Source: Eimeria praecox (lineage: Eukaryota). Taken from it: 64,000 nucleotides of DNA. Numbering within the stretch: the stretch's first letter is position 1; each line of letters starts with the position of its first letter. Location of the stretch: positions 1,364,001 through 1,428,000 of the forward strand of contig OY986949.1 of NCBI GenBank assembly GCA_963920595.1, written 5' to 3'. Both the position numbers and the translations under genes were made by a program. The notes below the pieces were generated by a model. The model had not been told where the DNA came from. It did not search any database and saw only the letters and a list, made by a program, of their open reading frames with translations. Below, one piece after another: positions 13,092-26,459 of the stretch.

Positions 13092-13431
13092 TATTAGATG
13101 TATTAATTGTATATATGTTGTATATATAATATTTATATTATAAATATAAATATTATTGTTAAATATTATTGTATATACACCTCAGCTAGTCCCTCTATAT
13201 ATATATATACAGCAAGGGATGGTGCTGCTGCTTCATCTTCAACCCTCGAGTGTCTCCTCTAACGTTTAAAGAGGCCTCACTTGCCTCTGGAGAGACAGCA
13301 GCAGCACCCCAGCAGCTAGCTGTCTAGCTAGCTAGCTAGCTAGCTAGCTAGCCCTCCCCTCCCCTCCCCCTCCCTCTCCTCTCCCCCTTCCTTCCTGCCA
13401 CGCTCTCTTCTTCTAATACAACATCAACAAG

Positions 13432-14249
13432 ATGAAGAGACAGAATCGCGGGGCCCCCTCCTCACTCCTTTCTTCTTCTTTTCTATTTCTTCTGTCTCTC
13501 TCCTACCTCCAGCCCTTTGTCTTGGGACAGCTCAGAGGAGGGGAGGGGCCCCCCCCGCAGGCATCCCCCTTACCTGCTGCGGTAGGAACCCTTCAGGGGG
13601 CCCCTATGGGTATAGGGGCAGCGCCAGTCTCTTTGCAGCAGGGGCCCCCTGCTTCCCCCAGTCTTAGATCTGAAGCAGGAAGGGGGGCCCCCACCCCCCC
13701 GGATGCCTCGTTGAGGGCCCCCATCGGAGGAGGTGGGGGGCCCCCAGGACAGCAGCTAAGGGCCGCCAATCCCTCCTCAGGTGTACAGACAGGGGGGCCC
13801 CCCATCCCCATAACTGAGAGTGCCACCCCACATCACGCCTCTCCCCCCACTCCAACGCCTTCTGCTGCTGCCCCACAGCAGCAAAACAAACAATATATGA
13901 GAACAGCAGCAGCAATACCGGAGCAGCAGCAGCTGCAGCAGCAGCAGCAGCAGCAACCAGTGCAGCAGCAGCAGCAGCTTAGACATCAAGCACAGCAACA
14001 GCAGAACTTACAGCTGCAACAGAATTCAACACAACAGCAGCAGCAGCAGCAGCCGCAGCAGCAGCAGCAGCAGCAGCCGCAGTTACGATCCCAGCAGCAG
14101 CAACAGCAGCTCCAACAGCCAATGCAAACGCAGCAGCAACCCCAGCAGCAGCTGCGTCAACAACAGCAACCGCAGCAGCAGCAGCAGCAGCAGCAGCCGC
14201 TGCCGCAGCATCCAGCAGCCCCAATGCCGCAGCCTCAGCAGCCACAAAC

Positions 14250-14285
<36 letters not shown>

Positions 14286-14401
14286 GCAGCAGCAGCATTT
14301 ACGGCAGCAGCAGCAGTTTGCCCCACAGCCGTTTCCTGCTGTACCTCAGCAGCAGCAACAGGAGCGCCCTGCTCAGCAACTCCGGCATCAACCGCAGCAA
14401 T

Positions 14402-14434
<33 letters not shown>

Positions 14435-14616
14435 TAGCTGCTGCTGCTCCACAGAATGCAGCTACGGGTGGGGTTGCTGCAGCACACGGTAGTACTAGAG
14501 GCTCTTCAGGTGCTGCAGCTGCTGCAGGAAGTGCTGCTGCTGCTGCAGGGGCCGTTCCAGCAGCAGCAGCAGCAGCAGCAGCACCAGCAGCAGCAGCAGC
14601 AGCAGCACGAGGACCA

Positions 14617-14647
<31 letters not shown>

Positions 14648-15169
14648 CCCCAGCGCCAGCGCCAGCGCCAGCAGTCCCAAGAGACAGAGGAGAATCTATG
14701 GGGGCTCTCTCCTTAACAGAGGAGACATTTTATGATTTTATTAAAGAAGAAGCTTTCGTTCTTGTTTTATTCTACGCTCCTTGGTGTTATTGGTCTAGGG
14801 CTACGCTACCTGAGTTTGATGCTGTCGCTCGTCTTCTTAATACTGTCTCCTCAACTGTCTCCTCAACTGTCTCCTCTACTGTCTCCCCAGGTGTCTCTCC
14901 AGGTGTCTCTTCAGGTGTCTCCTCAGGTGTCTCCTCAGGTGTCTCCTCAGGTGTCTCCTCAGGTGTCTCTTCAGGTGTCTCCTCAGGTGTCTCCTCAGGT
15001 GTCTCCTCAGGTGTCTCCTCTAAATCAATAGTATTAGCTAAGGTTGATTGTGAGGAGAATCCTCTCGTACAGAAGAGCGAGCATATCCTCGAATATCCCA
15101 TTATTAAATTATATGTACATGGAAGGCCTAAACAATATCTTGGTAGGATTGATGCTGCTGCTGCTCCTG

Positions 15170-15208
<39 letters not shown>

Positions 15209-15329
15209 AGGGTGATGATGCTGCTGAGGGTGGTGCTGCTCAGGGTGATGCTGCTGAGGGTGATGCGGCTGCTGTTGCTGATGCTGCTGTTGCTGCTGCT
15301 GTTGCTGCTGCTGAGGATGATGGTGATTG

Positions 15330-15361
<32 letters not shown>

Positions 15362-16756
15362 ATGATGATGATGCTGCTGCTGCTGCTGGGGGTGATGCTT
15401 CTGCTGCTGCTGCTGCTGCTGCTTATGATGATGTCGATGATGACGGTGATGCTGCTGCTGCTGCTGCTGCTGTTGTCCCTGCTGCTGCTGCTGCTGCTGC
15501 ACTTGCTGCAGCAGTTGCTGTTGGGTGTATTGCTTCCCCCTCTGCATTGTAGAAGCAGCATTTGCTGTTGCTATTCCTCTGCTGCTGCTGCTGCTGTTGC
15601 TGCTGCTGTTGCTGCTATTCTTCTTCTGCTGCTGCTATTCCTCTGCTGCTGCTGCTGTTGTTGCTGCTGTTCCTCTGCTGTTGCTGCTGCTGCTGCTGCT
15701 GCTGCTATTCTTCTTCTGCTGCTGCTGCTATTCCTCTGCTGCTTCTGCTGCTGCTTCTGCTTGTATTTCTCTGCTGCTGCTTCCTTTTCTTCTGCTGCTT
15801 CATTTTCTGCTGCTGCTGCTGCTGCTGCACTTGCTGCTGCTGCTGCTGCTGCACTTGCTGCTGCTGCTGCTGCTGCTGCTATATATATAGGGGGCCGTCG
15901 TCGTACTCAGATTTTAGCTTGGCTCAACCACAATTTACAGAGAGACGAGCGTCTAGACACCCCAGATAAGATTGATGAGTTTATGAAAAACAACAAAGAG
16001 GGACATCAAATAGTTTTGGCTGTCTCCTCAGAGAATAAGAAAGAAGGTAGAGATAGATTGTTTTTAATTATTTTACTGTCTCCTTTATTTTAATTATACT
16101 GTCTCCTTTGTTTTAATTATACTGTCGCCTTCTTAGTACTACTGTCTCCTTTGTAATTATACTGTCTCCTTTGTTTTATTTATACTGTCTCCTTCTTAAT
16201 GTTACTGTCTCCTTCGTTTTAGTTATACTGTCTCCTCCTTAATTATACTGTCTCTTGTTTTTAATTATACTGTCTCCTTCTTAATATTACTGTCTCCTTG
16301 GTCTTAGTTATACTGTCTCCTTCTTAATATTACTGTCTCTTGTTTTTAATTATACTGTCTCCTCTCTAAATATTACTGTCTCCTTCTTAAATAGCACTGT
16401 CTCCTCTCTAGATAACGCTGTCTCTTTTCTAAATACTACTGTCTCTCTTTATAAATATTACTGTCTCCTTCTTATATTCTACTGTCTCTTCTTTAAACAC
16501 CACTGTCTCTTCTTTAAATAAATCTATCTATCTTCAAAATATTCTGTCTCCTTCTTTCGTTTTAAATTATATTTGTATTTATTTTTTTATTCTGTTCTTT
16601 ATTTATTTATTTATCTAAATATATATTTATTTATTTAAATATATATTTATTTGCGTGCCTCTCCATCTAACTGTCTCCTTTTGATGTTATCAGGAGATTC
16701 TGTCTCCTCTCCCTTCTGATTATACTTCTCTTTATTTATTTATTTATTTACGTATT

Positions 16757-16799
<43 letters not shown>

Positions 16800-17726
16800 T
16801 TTGTTTGTTTATTTTTGTCTATCTAACTGTCTCCTTTTGATGTTATCAGGAGACACTGTCTCCTTCTCTTTTGTTCAATTATATTAATATTTAATTAATT
16901 ATTAATTAAATATATAAATTAATAATAAATATATCTGACTGTCTCCTTTTGTATACTATGCAGGAGACAGTGTCTCCTTCTCTTCGATTATATTAATATA
17001 TAATTACTTAATTAAACCAAATAATTAAATTAATAGATAATTAAAACAATAAAGAATAAATAATAACAAATAATAATAATAAATAAATAATAAATAATAA
17101 ATACTACATAATTAAAATAAAAAATAAATAAATCTAACTGTCTCCTTTTGTTTGATATGCAGGAGACAGTGTCTCCTTCTCTTTTCTTCAATTACATTAA
17201 TACATACACTACTCAATCGAACCAAATAATTAACTAACTAAATAATTAAAACAATAATAATAATAAATAGATAATAAATAATAAAAATAAATAAATAATA
17301 GATAAATGTAACTGCTGTCTCCTTTTGTTTACTCTGCAGGAGACAGTGTCTCCTTCGACCATTCAACATTTCGAGAAGTCGCTCGCAGTATATCTGACGA
17401 AGTTTTTTTCGGTGAAGTTGAAGATAAAAATATATTTAATTATCTTCTACATCAATATTTACTTCCTCTATCTAAAATGCCTCCTCATATGGTAGGACTA
17501 TGAAACCATATATACACTATAAACGAATTGTTGCTGTTATTGCTGCTGCTGATGATGATGATGGTGGTGGTGGTGGTGCTGCTGCTGCTGCTGATGGTGC
17601 TGCTGCTGGTGATGGTGCTGCTGATGGTGCTGCTGCTGCTGCTGCTGGTGGTGGTGATGGTGGTGGTGCTGCTGCTGCTGCTGATGGTGCTGCTGCTGCT
17701 GATGATGATGATGGTGCTGCTGATGG

Positions 17727-17758
<32 letters not shown>

Positions 17759-19278
17759 ATGGTGCCGCTGCTGGTGATGGTGCTGCTGATGGTGATGATG
17801 ATGGTGATGATGATGATGATGCTTCATCTGTTGCTGTTGCTGTTGTATCTGTTGCTGTTGCTGCTGTTGCTGCTTTTACTGCTGCTGCTGCTGTGGTTGC
17901 GGCTGGCTGCCTATGAAGAGGGGACAGATTAGTGAGAAGAGCAGCTCAGAGTGTATTTATCTATGAGAGGAGACAGTAAAGGAGACAGACAGTAAAGGAG
18001 ACAGACAGTAGAGAAGACAGACATTAAAGGAGACAGACAGTAGAGGAGACAGACAGTAGAGGAGACAGGCATTAAAGGAGACAGACAGTAGAGGAGACAG
18101 ACAGTAGAGGAGACAGACATTAAAGGAGACAGACAGTAGAGGAGACAGACAGTAGAGGAGACAGACAGTAAAGGAGACAGGCAGTAGAGAAGACAGACAG
18201 CAAAGGAGACAGACAGTAGAGGAGACAGACAGTAGAGGAGACAGACAGTAAAGGAGACAGACAGTAGAGGAGACAGACAGTAGAGGAGACAGACATTAAA
18301 GGAGACAGACAGAGTAAAGGAGACAGACAGAGTAAAGGAGACAGTAGTTAAAATATATGTATGTTTGTTGTTGTTTGTTTGTTGCATGCATGCATACACA
18401 GTGGGAGCCTCCCTTCATAGTAACAGCCCCAATAAATACAGGAGATCCTCCGTTTGTTAAATATATAGGAAGAGGAGATAGTAGAAAAGATATAGAAAAC
18501 TTTGTTCTTAAGTACAGATTCCCTCAAGTTATACCTTTCGAGCCAGAGACAATTGAAGATATATTTGATGGTCAGATCATACCAACTGTCTCCTTTTATA
18601 CTGTCTCTCTGTATACTGTCTCCTTTTATACTGTCTCTCTTTATGCTGTCTCCTTTCATACTGTCTCTCTGTATACTGTCTCCTTTTTAACTGTCTCCTT
18701 TTATACTGTCTCCTTTTATACTGTCTCCGTTTCTACTGTCTCCTTTTATACTGTCTCCTTCTATACTGTCTCCTTTTCTACTGTCTCCTTTTCTACTGTC
18801 TCCTTTTCTACTGTTTCTCTTTATGCTGTCTCCTTTTCTACTGTTTCTCTTTATGCTGTCTCCCTTTATACTGTCTCCTTCTCTACTGTCTCCTTTTTAA
18901 CTGTCTGCTCGACTATCTTGTTCGGTGTCTCTTTTTCAACTGTCTCCTTGAATGCCTCCTTTTCACCTGTCTCCTTTTCAACTGTCTTCCCTTTAACTGT
19001 CTCCTTGAGTGTCTCCTCAAGTGTCTCCTTTCACCTGTCTCCCCAACTGTCTCCTCAACTGTCTCCTCAACTGTCTCCTCAACTGTCTCCTTTCAACTGT
19101 CCCTCCTTGAGTGTCCTTGTGTGTGTCTCCCCAACTGTCTCCTCAACTGTCTCCTCAACTGTCTCCTCAACTGTCTCCTCAACTGCGTTTCTGTTTCTTT
19201 TTCTTCTTCTTTCCTTTGCTGCTGCTGCTTCTGTTGCTTCTGTTGCTTCTGCTGCTGCTGCTTCTGCTGCTGCTGCTT

Positions 19279-19310
<32 letters not shown>

Positions 19311-19714
19311 TCTGTTTCTGCTGCTTCAATATTATCTTTTCTTCTGTAGTTTTAACAACAGTCTCTTCTTGATTAGGAGACAGTAATAATAGAAGTACAT
19401 ATATATATATATATATATATATATGTTTACAGATGGGCGTTCTATCTGTCTCCTGCTGCTGGATGGAGACAGAGCAGCGAGAGCCATTTCAAGGGAGGGT
19501 TTGATCGATCCCCTCGTTGCCGCTTTCTATCAAATCGCAGGAGAAGTCCGAGACAAACTCATTTTCACCATCTCAGGTTTGTATATATATATAATATATA
19601 TATATATATATAGAAAGTATAGGTTATAGATTATATATATAGTATATATATTATATGTATATATGTGTTTATGTTTAGATGCATAGGATTATATACATAT
19701 GCTTCTCTCTCTCT

Positions 19715-19760
<46 letters not shown>

Positions 19761-20059
19761 ATATATATATGCTTAGATGCATATGTGTATATAAGTAAGT
19801 GTCTCCGTTTGTTCTAACCGGGGACAGAACAAACGTAGACACTTTAAGGAGACACCGGAAGGAGATAGGAAGCATTGACACTTGAGGAAGTGTCTCCTTT
19901 CTGTCTCTTTTTCTCTTCTATCTGTCTCCTTTGTGTCTCCTCTTTCGTCTCTTCTTTTGTTTCTTTCTTCTCCTGTCAGTCTCTCTGTCTCTGTTGTTTT
20001 TCTCTGTCTCTTTACAGCTTTCTGTACGATTATATATTTCCTGTCTGTCTATACACCTT

Positions 20060-20108
<49 letters not shown>

Positions 20109-20334
20109 TATATCTTCCTATATGCTCCTATCTCTTTATAAAAATATATCTGTATATATAAATGTGTCTCTTCTTTCTAAGGCAACAAGGAAGCTCACGA
20201 ACGTCGTATCTTTAGTTTGATGGGGGTAGATGAGACGATATCGTCTCCAGAGCTTCGTATAGCTACCTTCAACCCCACAGGCAATGGAAAGTACTATCCA
20301 GCACAAAAATATAAACCCCTCAGACCCTTCAAAT

Positions 20335-20373
<39 letters not shown>

Positions 20374-23300
20374 GCAGCAGCAATAAGGAAAGGGGAGAGG
20401 GAGAGAGGAAAGAGAAAGATGGAGACGATAAAGGAGACACCAAACCTGCATATTCGTTTCGGAGTAGATCGCCTTCTCATAGTCTTATAACTTCTGCTTT
20501 AGCTGCAGCAGCAGCAGCAAAGACACAGGCGCTTAGAGCTAATAGAAAAGAGAGACAGACAGCAGCAACAAACCCGAGGAGACACCCCAAGGAGACAGTG
20601 TTTGACGCTCATCAGAGACAGCAGCAGCAGGAAGCAGCAGAGGTAATAATAGTATATCACGGCATCAAGAGACACTTATTAACAACAACAAACACAAGAA
20701 AAAAATAAATAAGAAACAAACACTGTCTCCTTTTCTATCTTCTGTTCGATGTTGATAAACCTACTGTCTCCTTTCTTGTCTCTCCTCCTCTCGCTGTCTC
20801 CTTCACTCCTCGGGCTTCTGCTGACACTTTGTTCTCTGCCTCTTCAAGCCTCACATTATATCTACCTGTCTCCTTTTCTCTGTCTCCTTCCCTCTGTCTC
20901 CTTCTCTCTGTCTCCTTTTCTCTGTCTCCTTCTCTCTGTCTCCTTCTCTCTGTCTCCTTCTCTCTGTCTCCTTCTCTCTGTCTCCTTCTCCCTGTCTCCT
21001 TCTCTCTGTCTCCTTCCCTCTGTCCCCTTCTCTCTGTCTCCTTCTCCCTGTCTCCTTCTCTCTGTCTCCTTCCCTCTGTCCCCTTCTCTCTGTCTCCTTC
21101 TCTCTGTCTCCTTCTCTCTGTCTCCTTTTCTCTGTCTCCTTCTCTCTGTGTCCTTCTCTCTGTCTCCTCTCTGTCTCCTTCTCTCTGTCTCCCTCTCTCT
21201 GTCTCTCTTTCCTCTGTCTCCTTTACTGTCTCCCTTTTAACCGCCTCCTTTTTCTCTGTCTCCTTCGCTGTCTCCCTTTTAACTGTCTCCTCTTCGTCTG
21301 TCTCCTTTGCTGTCTCCCTTTTGTCTGTCTCCACTTTGTCTGTCTCCTTAACTGTCTCCGTCTTAACTGTCTCCTTTTAAACTGCCTCCTTTTAACCGTC
21401 TCCTTTTAAACTGTCTCCTTTTCAATTGTCTCCATTTTAACTGTCTCCTTTTCTACTGCCTCCTTTTCTACTGTCTCCTTTTAACTGTCTCCTTTTTAAC
21501 TGACTCCTAGTTGTCTGTCTCCTTTTAAACTGTCTCCTTTTCTACTGTCTCCTTTTAAACTGTCTCCTTTTAAACTGTCTCCATTTTAACTGTCTCCTTT
21601 TAACTGTCTCCTTTCAAACTGTCTCCTTTTCTACTGTCTCCTTTTAAACTGTCTCCTATTTGTCTGTCTCCTTAACTGCCTCCATCTTAACTGTCTCCTT
21701 TCAAACTGTCTCCTTTTCTACTGTCTTCATTTAAACTGTCTCCTTTTTAATTGTCTCCCCTTTAAGTGTCTCCTTTTTAATTGTCTCCATCTTAACTGTC
21801 TCCTTTTTTACTGTCTCCTTTTTTACTGTCTCCTTTTTTACTGACTCTTAGTTGTCTGTCTCCTTAACTGTCTCCATCTTAACTGTCTCCTCTTCTACTG
21901 TCTCCTTTTCTACTGTCTCCTTTTAAACTGTCTCCTATTTGTCTGTCTCCTATTTGTCTGTCTCCTTTTTTGTTTTACAGTTTATTCGTGATTTTGTTCG
22001 TCTCTTTATGGACGGACGTTTGGAGCCCTACACCAACAGCGAAGCCATACCCCCTCCCTCACAAAACTCAGGTATCCCCTTACCCCTCAGCTAGCTAGCT
22101 AGCTAACTAGCTAGCTAGCTAGCTAGCTACCTGGCTAGCTAGCTAGCTAGCTAGCTAGCTAGCTGGGTGGGTAGTCATGCGCTTTAGCTGGCTAGCTAGC
22201 CACGCAGATAGCTAGCTACACAGAGAGCCACACAGATAGCCAACCAGAGACACAGTTAGCTACACAGCTAACCAAACAGCCAGCTAGCTAAATAGCTAGC
22301 TAAATGGCTAGCTACATAGCTAGCTAGCTATGTAGCTAGCTATGTATCTAGTTAAATAGCTAGCTAGCTAGCTAGCTAGCTAGCTAGCTAGCTACCTCCC
22401 AGGTAGCAGGACAAGTAGCCACACCGGGATAAGGCTAAAAAATGGGCTGGCCAGGAGACAGACAAAGGAGACAGGCAGGCAAAGGAGGCAGACAGTCTAA
22501 GGAGACAGACAATCTAAGGAGACAGACAGTCAAAGGAGACAGACAGTCTAGGGAGACAAACAGTCTAAGGAGACAGACAGTCTAGGGAGACAGACAGTCT
22601 AAGGAGACAGACAGTCAAAGGAGACAGACAGTGTAAGGAGACAGACAGTCTAAGGAGACAGAGGAGACAGACAGTCTAAGGAGACAGACAGTCTAAGGAG
22701 ACAGACAGTCTAGGGAGACAGACAGTCAAAGGAGACAGACAGTCTTCGGGTGTCTACGCAGGTCCAGTGAAGACATTTGTGGGCCTCAACTTCCAGTCAG
22801 AAGTTATTGACGTCCCTCATGATGTATTCGTCGCATTCGGAGCCCCTTGGTGAGGAGACAGATAGAGGAGACAGATAGAGGAGACAGGTAGAGGAGACAG
22901 GTAGAGGAGAAAGGGAGAGGAAACAGGGAGAGGAGACAGGTAGAGGAGACAGGGAGGGGAGACAGGTAGAGGAGACAGGTAGAGGAGAGAGGTAGAGGAG
23001 ACAGGGAGAGGAGACAGGTAGAGGAGACAGGTAGAGGAGACAGGTAGAGGAGACAGGTAGAGGAGACAGGTAGAGGAGACAGGTAGAGGAGACAGGCAGA
23101 GGAGACAGGGAGAGGAGACAGGTAGAGGAGACAGATAGAAAAGGCAGTCTAAGGGGACAGATAGAGGAGACAGGTAGAGGAGACAGGTAGAGGAGACAGG
23201 CAGAGGAGATAGATAGAGGGGATAGATAGAGGAGACAGCTAAAGTAGACAGAGGAGACACCTAAAGGAGACAGAGGAGACAGTTGTCGGGTTTACACTCG

Positions 23301-23856
23301 AAGACCTTTTGCAGCATTGAGAGACTAAAGACAAGCCTAGAGAAAATTATAAAGGAGACAGTAGAAAAGGAAACAGTAGAAAAGGAGACAGTAGAAGAGG
23401 AGACAGTAGAATAGGAGACAGTAGAAAAGGAGACAGTATAAAAGGAGACAGTAGAAAAGGAGACAGTAGAATAGGAGACAGTAGAATAGGAGACAGTATA
23501 AAAGGAGACAGTAGAAAGGGAGACAGTAGAAAAGGAGACAGTATAAAAGGAGACAGTATAAAAGGAGACAGTAGAAAAGGAGACAGTAGAAAAGGAGACA
23601 GTAGAAAAGGAGACACTAGAAGAGGAGAGAGTAGAAAAGGAGACAGTAGAAAGGGAGACAGTATAAAAGGAGACAGTAGAAAGGGAGACAGTAGAAGAGG
23701 AGACAGTAGAAAAGGAGACAGTAGAAGAGGAGACACTTCCCCTCGGCTCAGCTCTCCATCAGCACGAGACAGCAGCAGCAAAAGATATGGCAGCAACAAC
23801 ATAAGCATTAAGAGCAGCAGCAGCAGCAGCAGCAACATCAGCAGCAGCAGCCGCAG

Positions 23857-23891
<35 letters not shown>

Positions 23892-24159
23892 ACAGCAGCA
23901 CCAACTCTATCAGCACCACCAGCGCCATCAACACGCAGCACAGCAGCAACACTATCATCCTCTTTCCTTTTTCTATTACTATCTAGCTAGCTAGCTATAC
24001 GCATATATAGATATAGATATAGATATATAGATATAGATATATATAAATGTATATAATATAATATAATATTATTATATTGCTTGTCTCTTGCTTAGGTGTG
24101 GCCACTGTCGTAAGTTAGAGACAGGTCTAAAGAGAGTAGGATTGACAGTGGGATTGATA

Positions 24160-24221
<62 letters not shown>

Positions 24222-24300
24222 CTAATTAGATTATATTATATATCTATCTCTCTTGCTTAGGTGCGCGCACTGTCGTAAGTTAGAGACAAGTCTAAGAGTA

Positions 24301-24351
<51 letters not shown>

Positions 24352-25192
24352 TATATCTATCTGTCTTGCTTAGGTGCGGGCACTGTCGTAAGTTAGAGAC
24401 AGCTCTCAAGAGAGTAGGATATATATATATATCTATAATATTATATTATATTATATATCTATCTGTCTTGCTTAGGTGCGGGCACTGTCGTAAGTTAGAG
24501 ACAGCTCTAAAGAGAGTAGGATTGATAGTGCGGAGACACTCGACGCTCATCGTCGGTAAAATCGACGCTACGAGAAATGAAGTCGACGGAATCAATCTAA
24601 CAGGTTCGTTTAATTTTAGCTTATTTAATTAATTTAATTTAATTTAATTTGATTTAATTTAATTTAATTTAATTTGAGTTTATTGAATTAATTTAATTTA
24701 ATTTAATTTAGTTAATTTAATTTAATTTAACTTAATTAATTTAATTTAATTTAATTTAATTAATTCAATTAATTTAATTTAACTTAACTTAATTAATTTA
24801 ATTTTAATTCTATTTAATTTATTTGTGTGTAGCTATTTTATTTTTATTTTTATTTTATTTTTATTTTTGTTTTTATTTTATTTTATTCTTCTTTGTGTTT
24901 GATTTTGTTGTGTTGCTGCTGCTGTTGCTGCTGTTTCTGGTGCTGCTGCTGTTGCTGCTGTTTCTGGTGCTGCTGCTGCTGCCGCTGATGCTTCTCTTAT
25001 CCCTCTTGCTGCTTATGCTTCTCGTGCGTCTGTTGCTGCTCCTCCACCTGCTGCTGCTGCTGCTGCTGCTGCTGGTTTCGTTTGTGCTGCTGTTGCTGCT
25101 GCTGCTGCGGGCTGCAGCTGCTGTCGCGCGTGCTGTCTTTGATGCTAGGAATTGTGTTGTTGCTGCTTTTGCTGCTGCTGCTGCTACTGAAG

Positions 25193-25258
<66 letters not shown>

Positions 25259-25610
25259 AGCGTATACATCTATCTATATAAACACTAAAACTAACTAAAT
25301 AAATAAATAAACAAATAAACGAGTAAATAAATAAATAAATAAATAAATATTATTATTTATTAATGTTTGTCTCTAACTAGGCTATCCTACATTATTATTA
25401 TTTCGAGGAGGTTCAAAGCAACAACCATTAGTATACGACGGAGACAGAAGCGAGAGAGATATGCTGCTATGGCTGTCTCATCACGCTCAACATAGTAAGT
25501 TAAATAAAAAAGAATTGCTTGAAGACCTACAAACTCTGCTGTCTGGGGAGACACCTGGGGATAAGCAACAAAGTAGACGCGCAAATACTAGTGTGCTGGA
25601 AGAGCTGTAA
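13432..25610 (+). CDS. PDI: Protein disulfide-isomerase-like ER protein (signal peptide, Q/P/A-rich extension, a-b-b'-a' type thioredoxin domains, CYWS and CGHC, C-terminal LEEL)
   Basis: Phase-consistent exons: 13432-15142, 15891-16046, 17340-17491, 18402-18570, 19433-19576, 20182-20642, 21981-22071, 22762-22849, 24476-24603, 25381-25610. Motifs: hydrophobic leader FLFLLSLSYLQPFVLG; LTEETF..VLFYAPWCYWS..LAKVDC..EYPIIKLY; EPYTNSEAIP..GPVKTFVGLNF..FGAPWCGHCRKL..VGKIDATRNE..GYPTLLLF..YDGDRS; terminal VLEEL (KDEL-like). Confidence 0.92.
16665..17358 (+). repeat. Five tandem copies of a branch point/3' splice site/exon-start unit in PDI intron 2
   Basis: CTAACTGTCTCCTTTTG..CAG|GAGACAGTGTCTCCTTC-like units with CAG at 16691, 16847, 16961, 17160 and the used acceptor at 17337. 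Confidence 0.85.
17968..18345. repeat. 17-bp minisatellite (AGGAGACAGACAGTAGA-like), intronic
   Basis: Tandem units visible. Confidence 0.85.
18585..19185. repeat. 15-bp and 12-bp CTGTCTCC minisatellites, intronic
   Basis: ACTGTCTCCTTTTAT and AACTGTCTCCTC units. Confidence 0.85.
22450..23735. repeat. GGAGACAG-core minisatellites (17, 13 and 15 bp) flanking PDI exon 8
   Basis: AAGGAGACAGACAGTCT, GAGGAGACAGGTA and AAAGGAGACAGTAGA units. Confidence 0.85.
24082..24530 (+). repeat. Four tandem copies of the 3' splice site plus the CGHC-encoding exon start in PDI intron 8
   Basis: TCTTGCTTAG|GTGYGGVCACTGTCGTAAGTTAGAGACA-like units starting at 24096, 24261, 24374 and 24476, separated by TA-rich tracts. 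Confidence 0.92.
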
Positions 25611-25621
25611 TAAATAAATAA

Positions 25622-25722
<101 letters not shown>

Positions 25723-25912
25723 AGATACGATAGCTAAGATATAGAAGATGTATATTAAATTTATTATATATATTATATGTACTATATATATTATATGTAT
25801 TATATATATTATATGTATTATATGTATTATATATATTACATATTATATATATATATATATATATTATAGGGAAAAGAGAGACAAAAAATATATATTAATA
25901 CAAAAAGATTAG

Positions 25913-26030
<118 letters not shown>

Positions 26031-26230
26031 CAATTAAGGAGAGACAGGCAAAAAACATATTAATACAAAAAATTAAGAGAGACAAATACAAAAATATTAA
26101 CAGACAAACAGAATCGATAATATACAAAAGATATATGCTCTTAATACAATACACCCTCAGAGACACTGCTGCTGCTGCTGCTGCTGCTGTGAGTCGTCGT
26201 CAGCATCAGCTGCTGCAGCAGCAGCAGCAA

Positions 26231-26262
<32 letters not shown>

Positions 26263-26408
26263 GAAACAGCAGCAGCTGGGAGGGGGGACTGTGCTGCATG
26301 CATCATAGGAGACACACGCGGCTGCTGTAGATGAGGGAGACACAAGAGACAGAGACAGCTGCTGGACAGCTGCTGTCTCTTTGTATCTGTCTGAGGAAAT
26401 AAATAAAA

Positions 26409-26459
<51 letters not shown>

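Noticed and set aside
15143..15552. A/D-rich C-terminus of the 706-aa ORF as coding sequence
   Set aside because: It is intron read-through: the GT donor at 15143 joins in phase to 15891 and restores the thioredoxin YLGGR..ILAWL segment.
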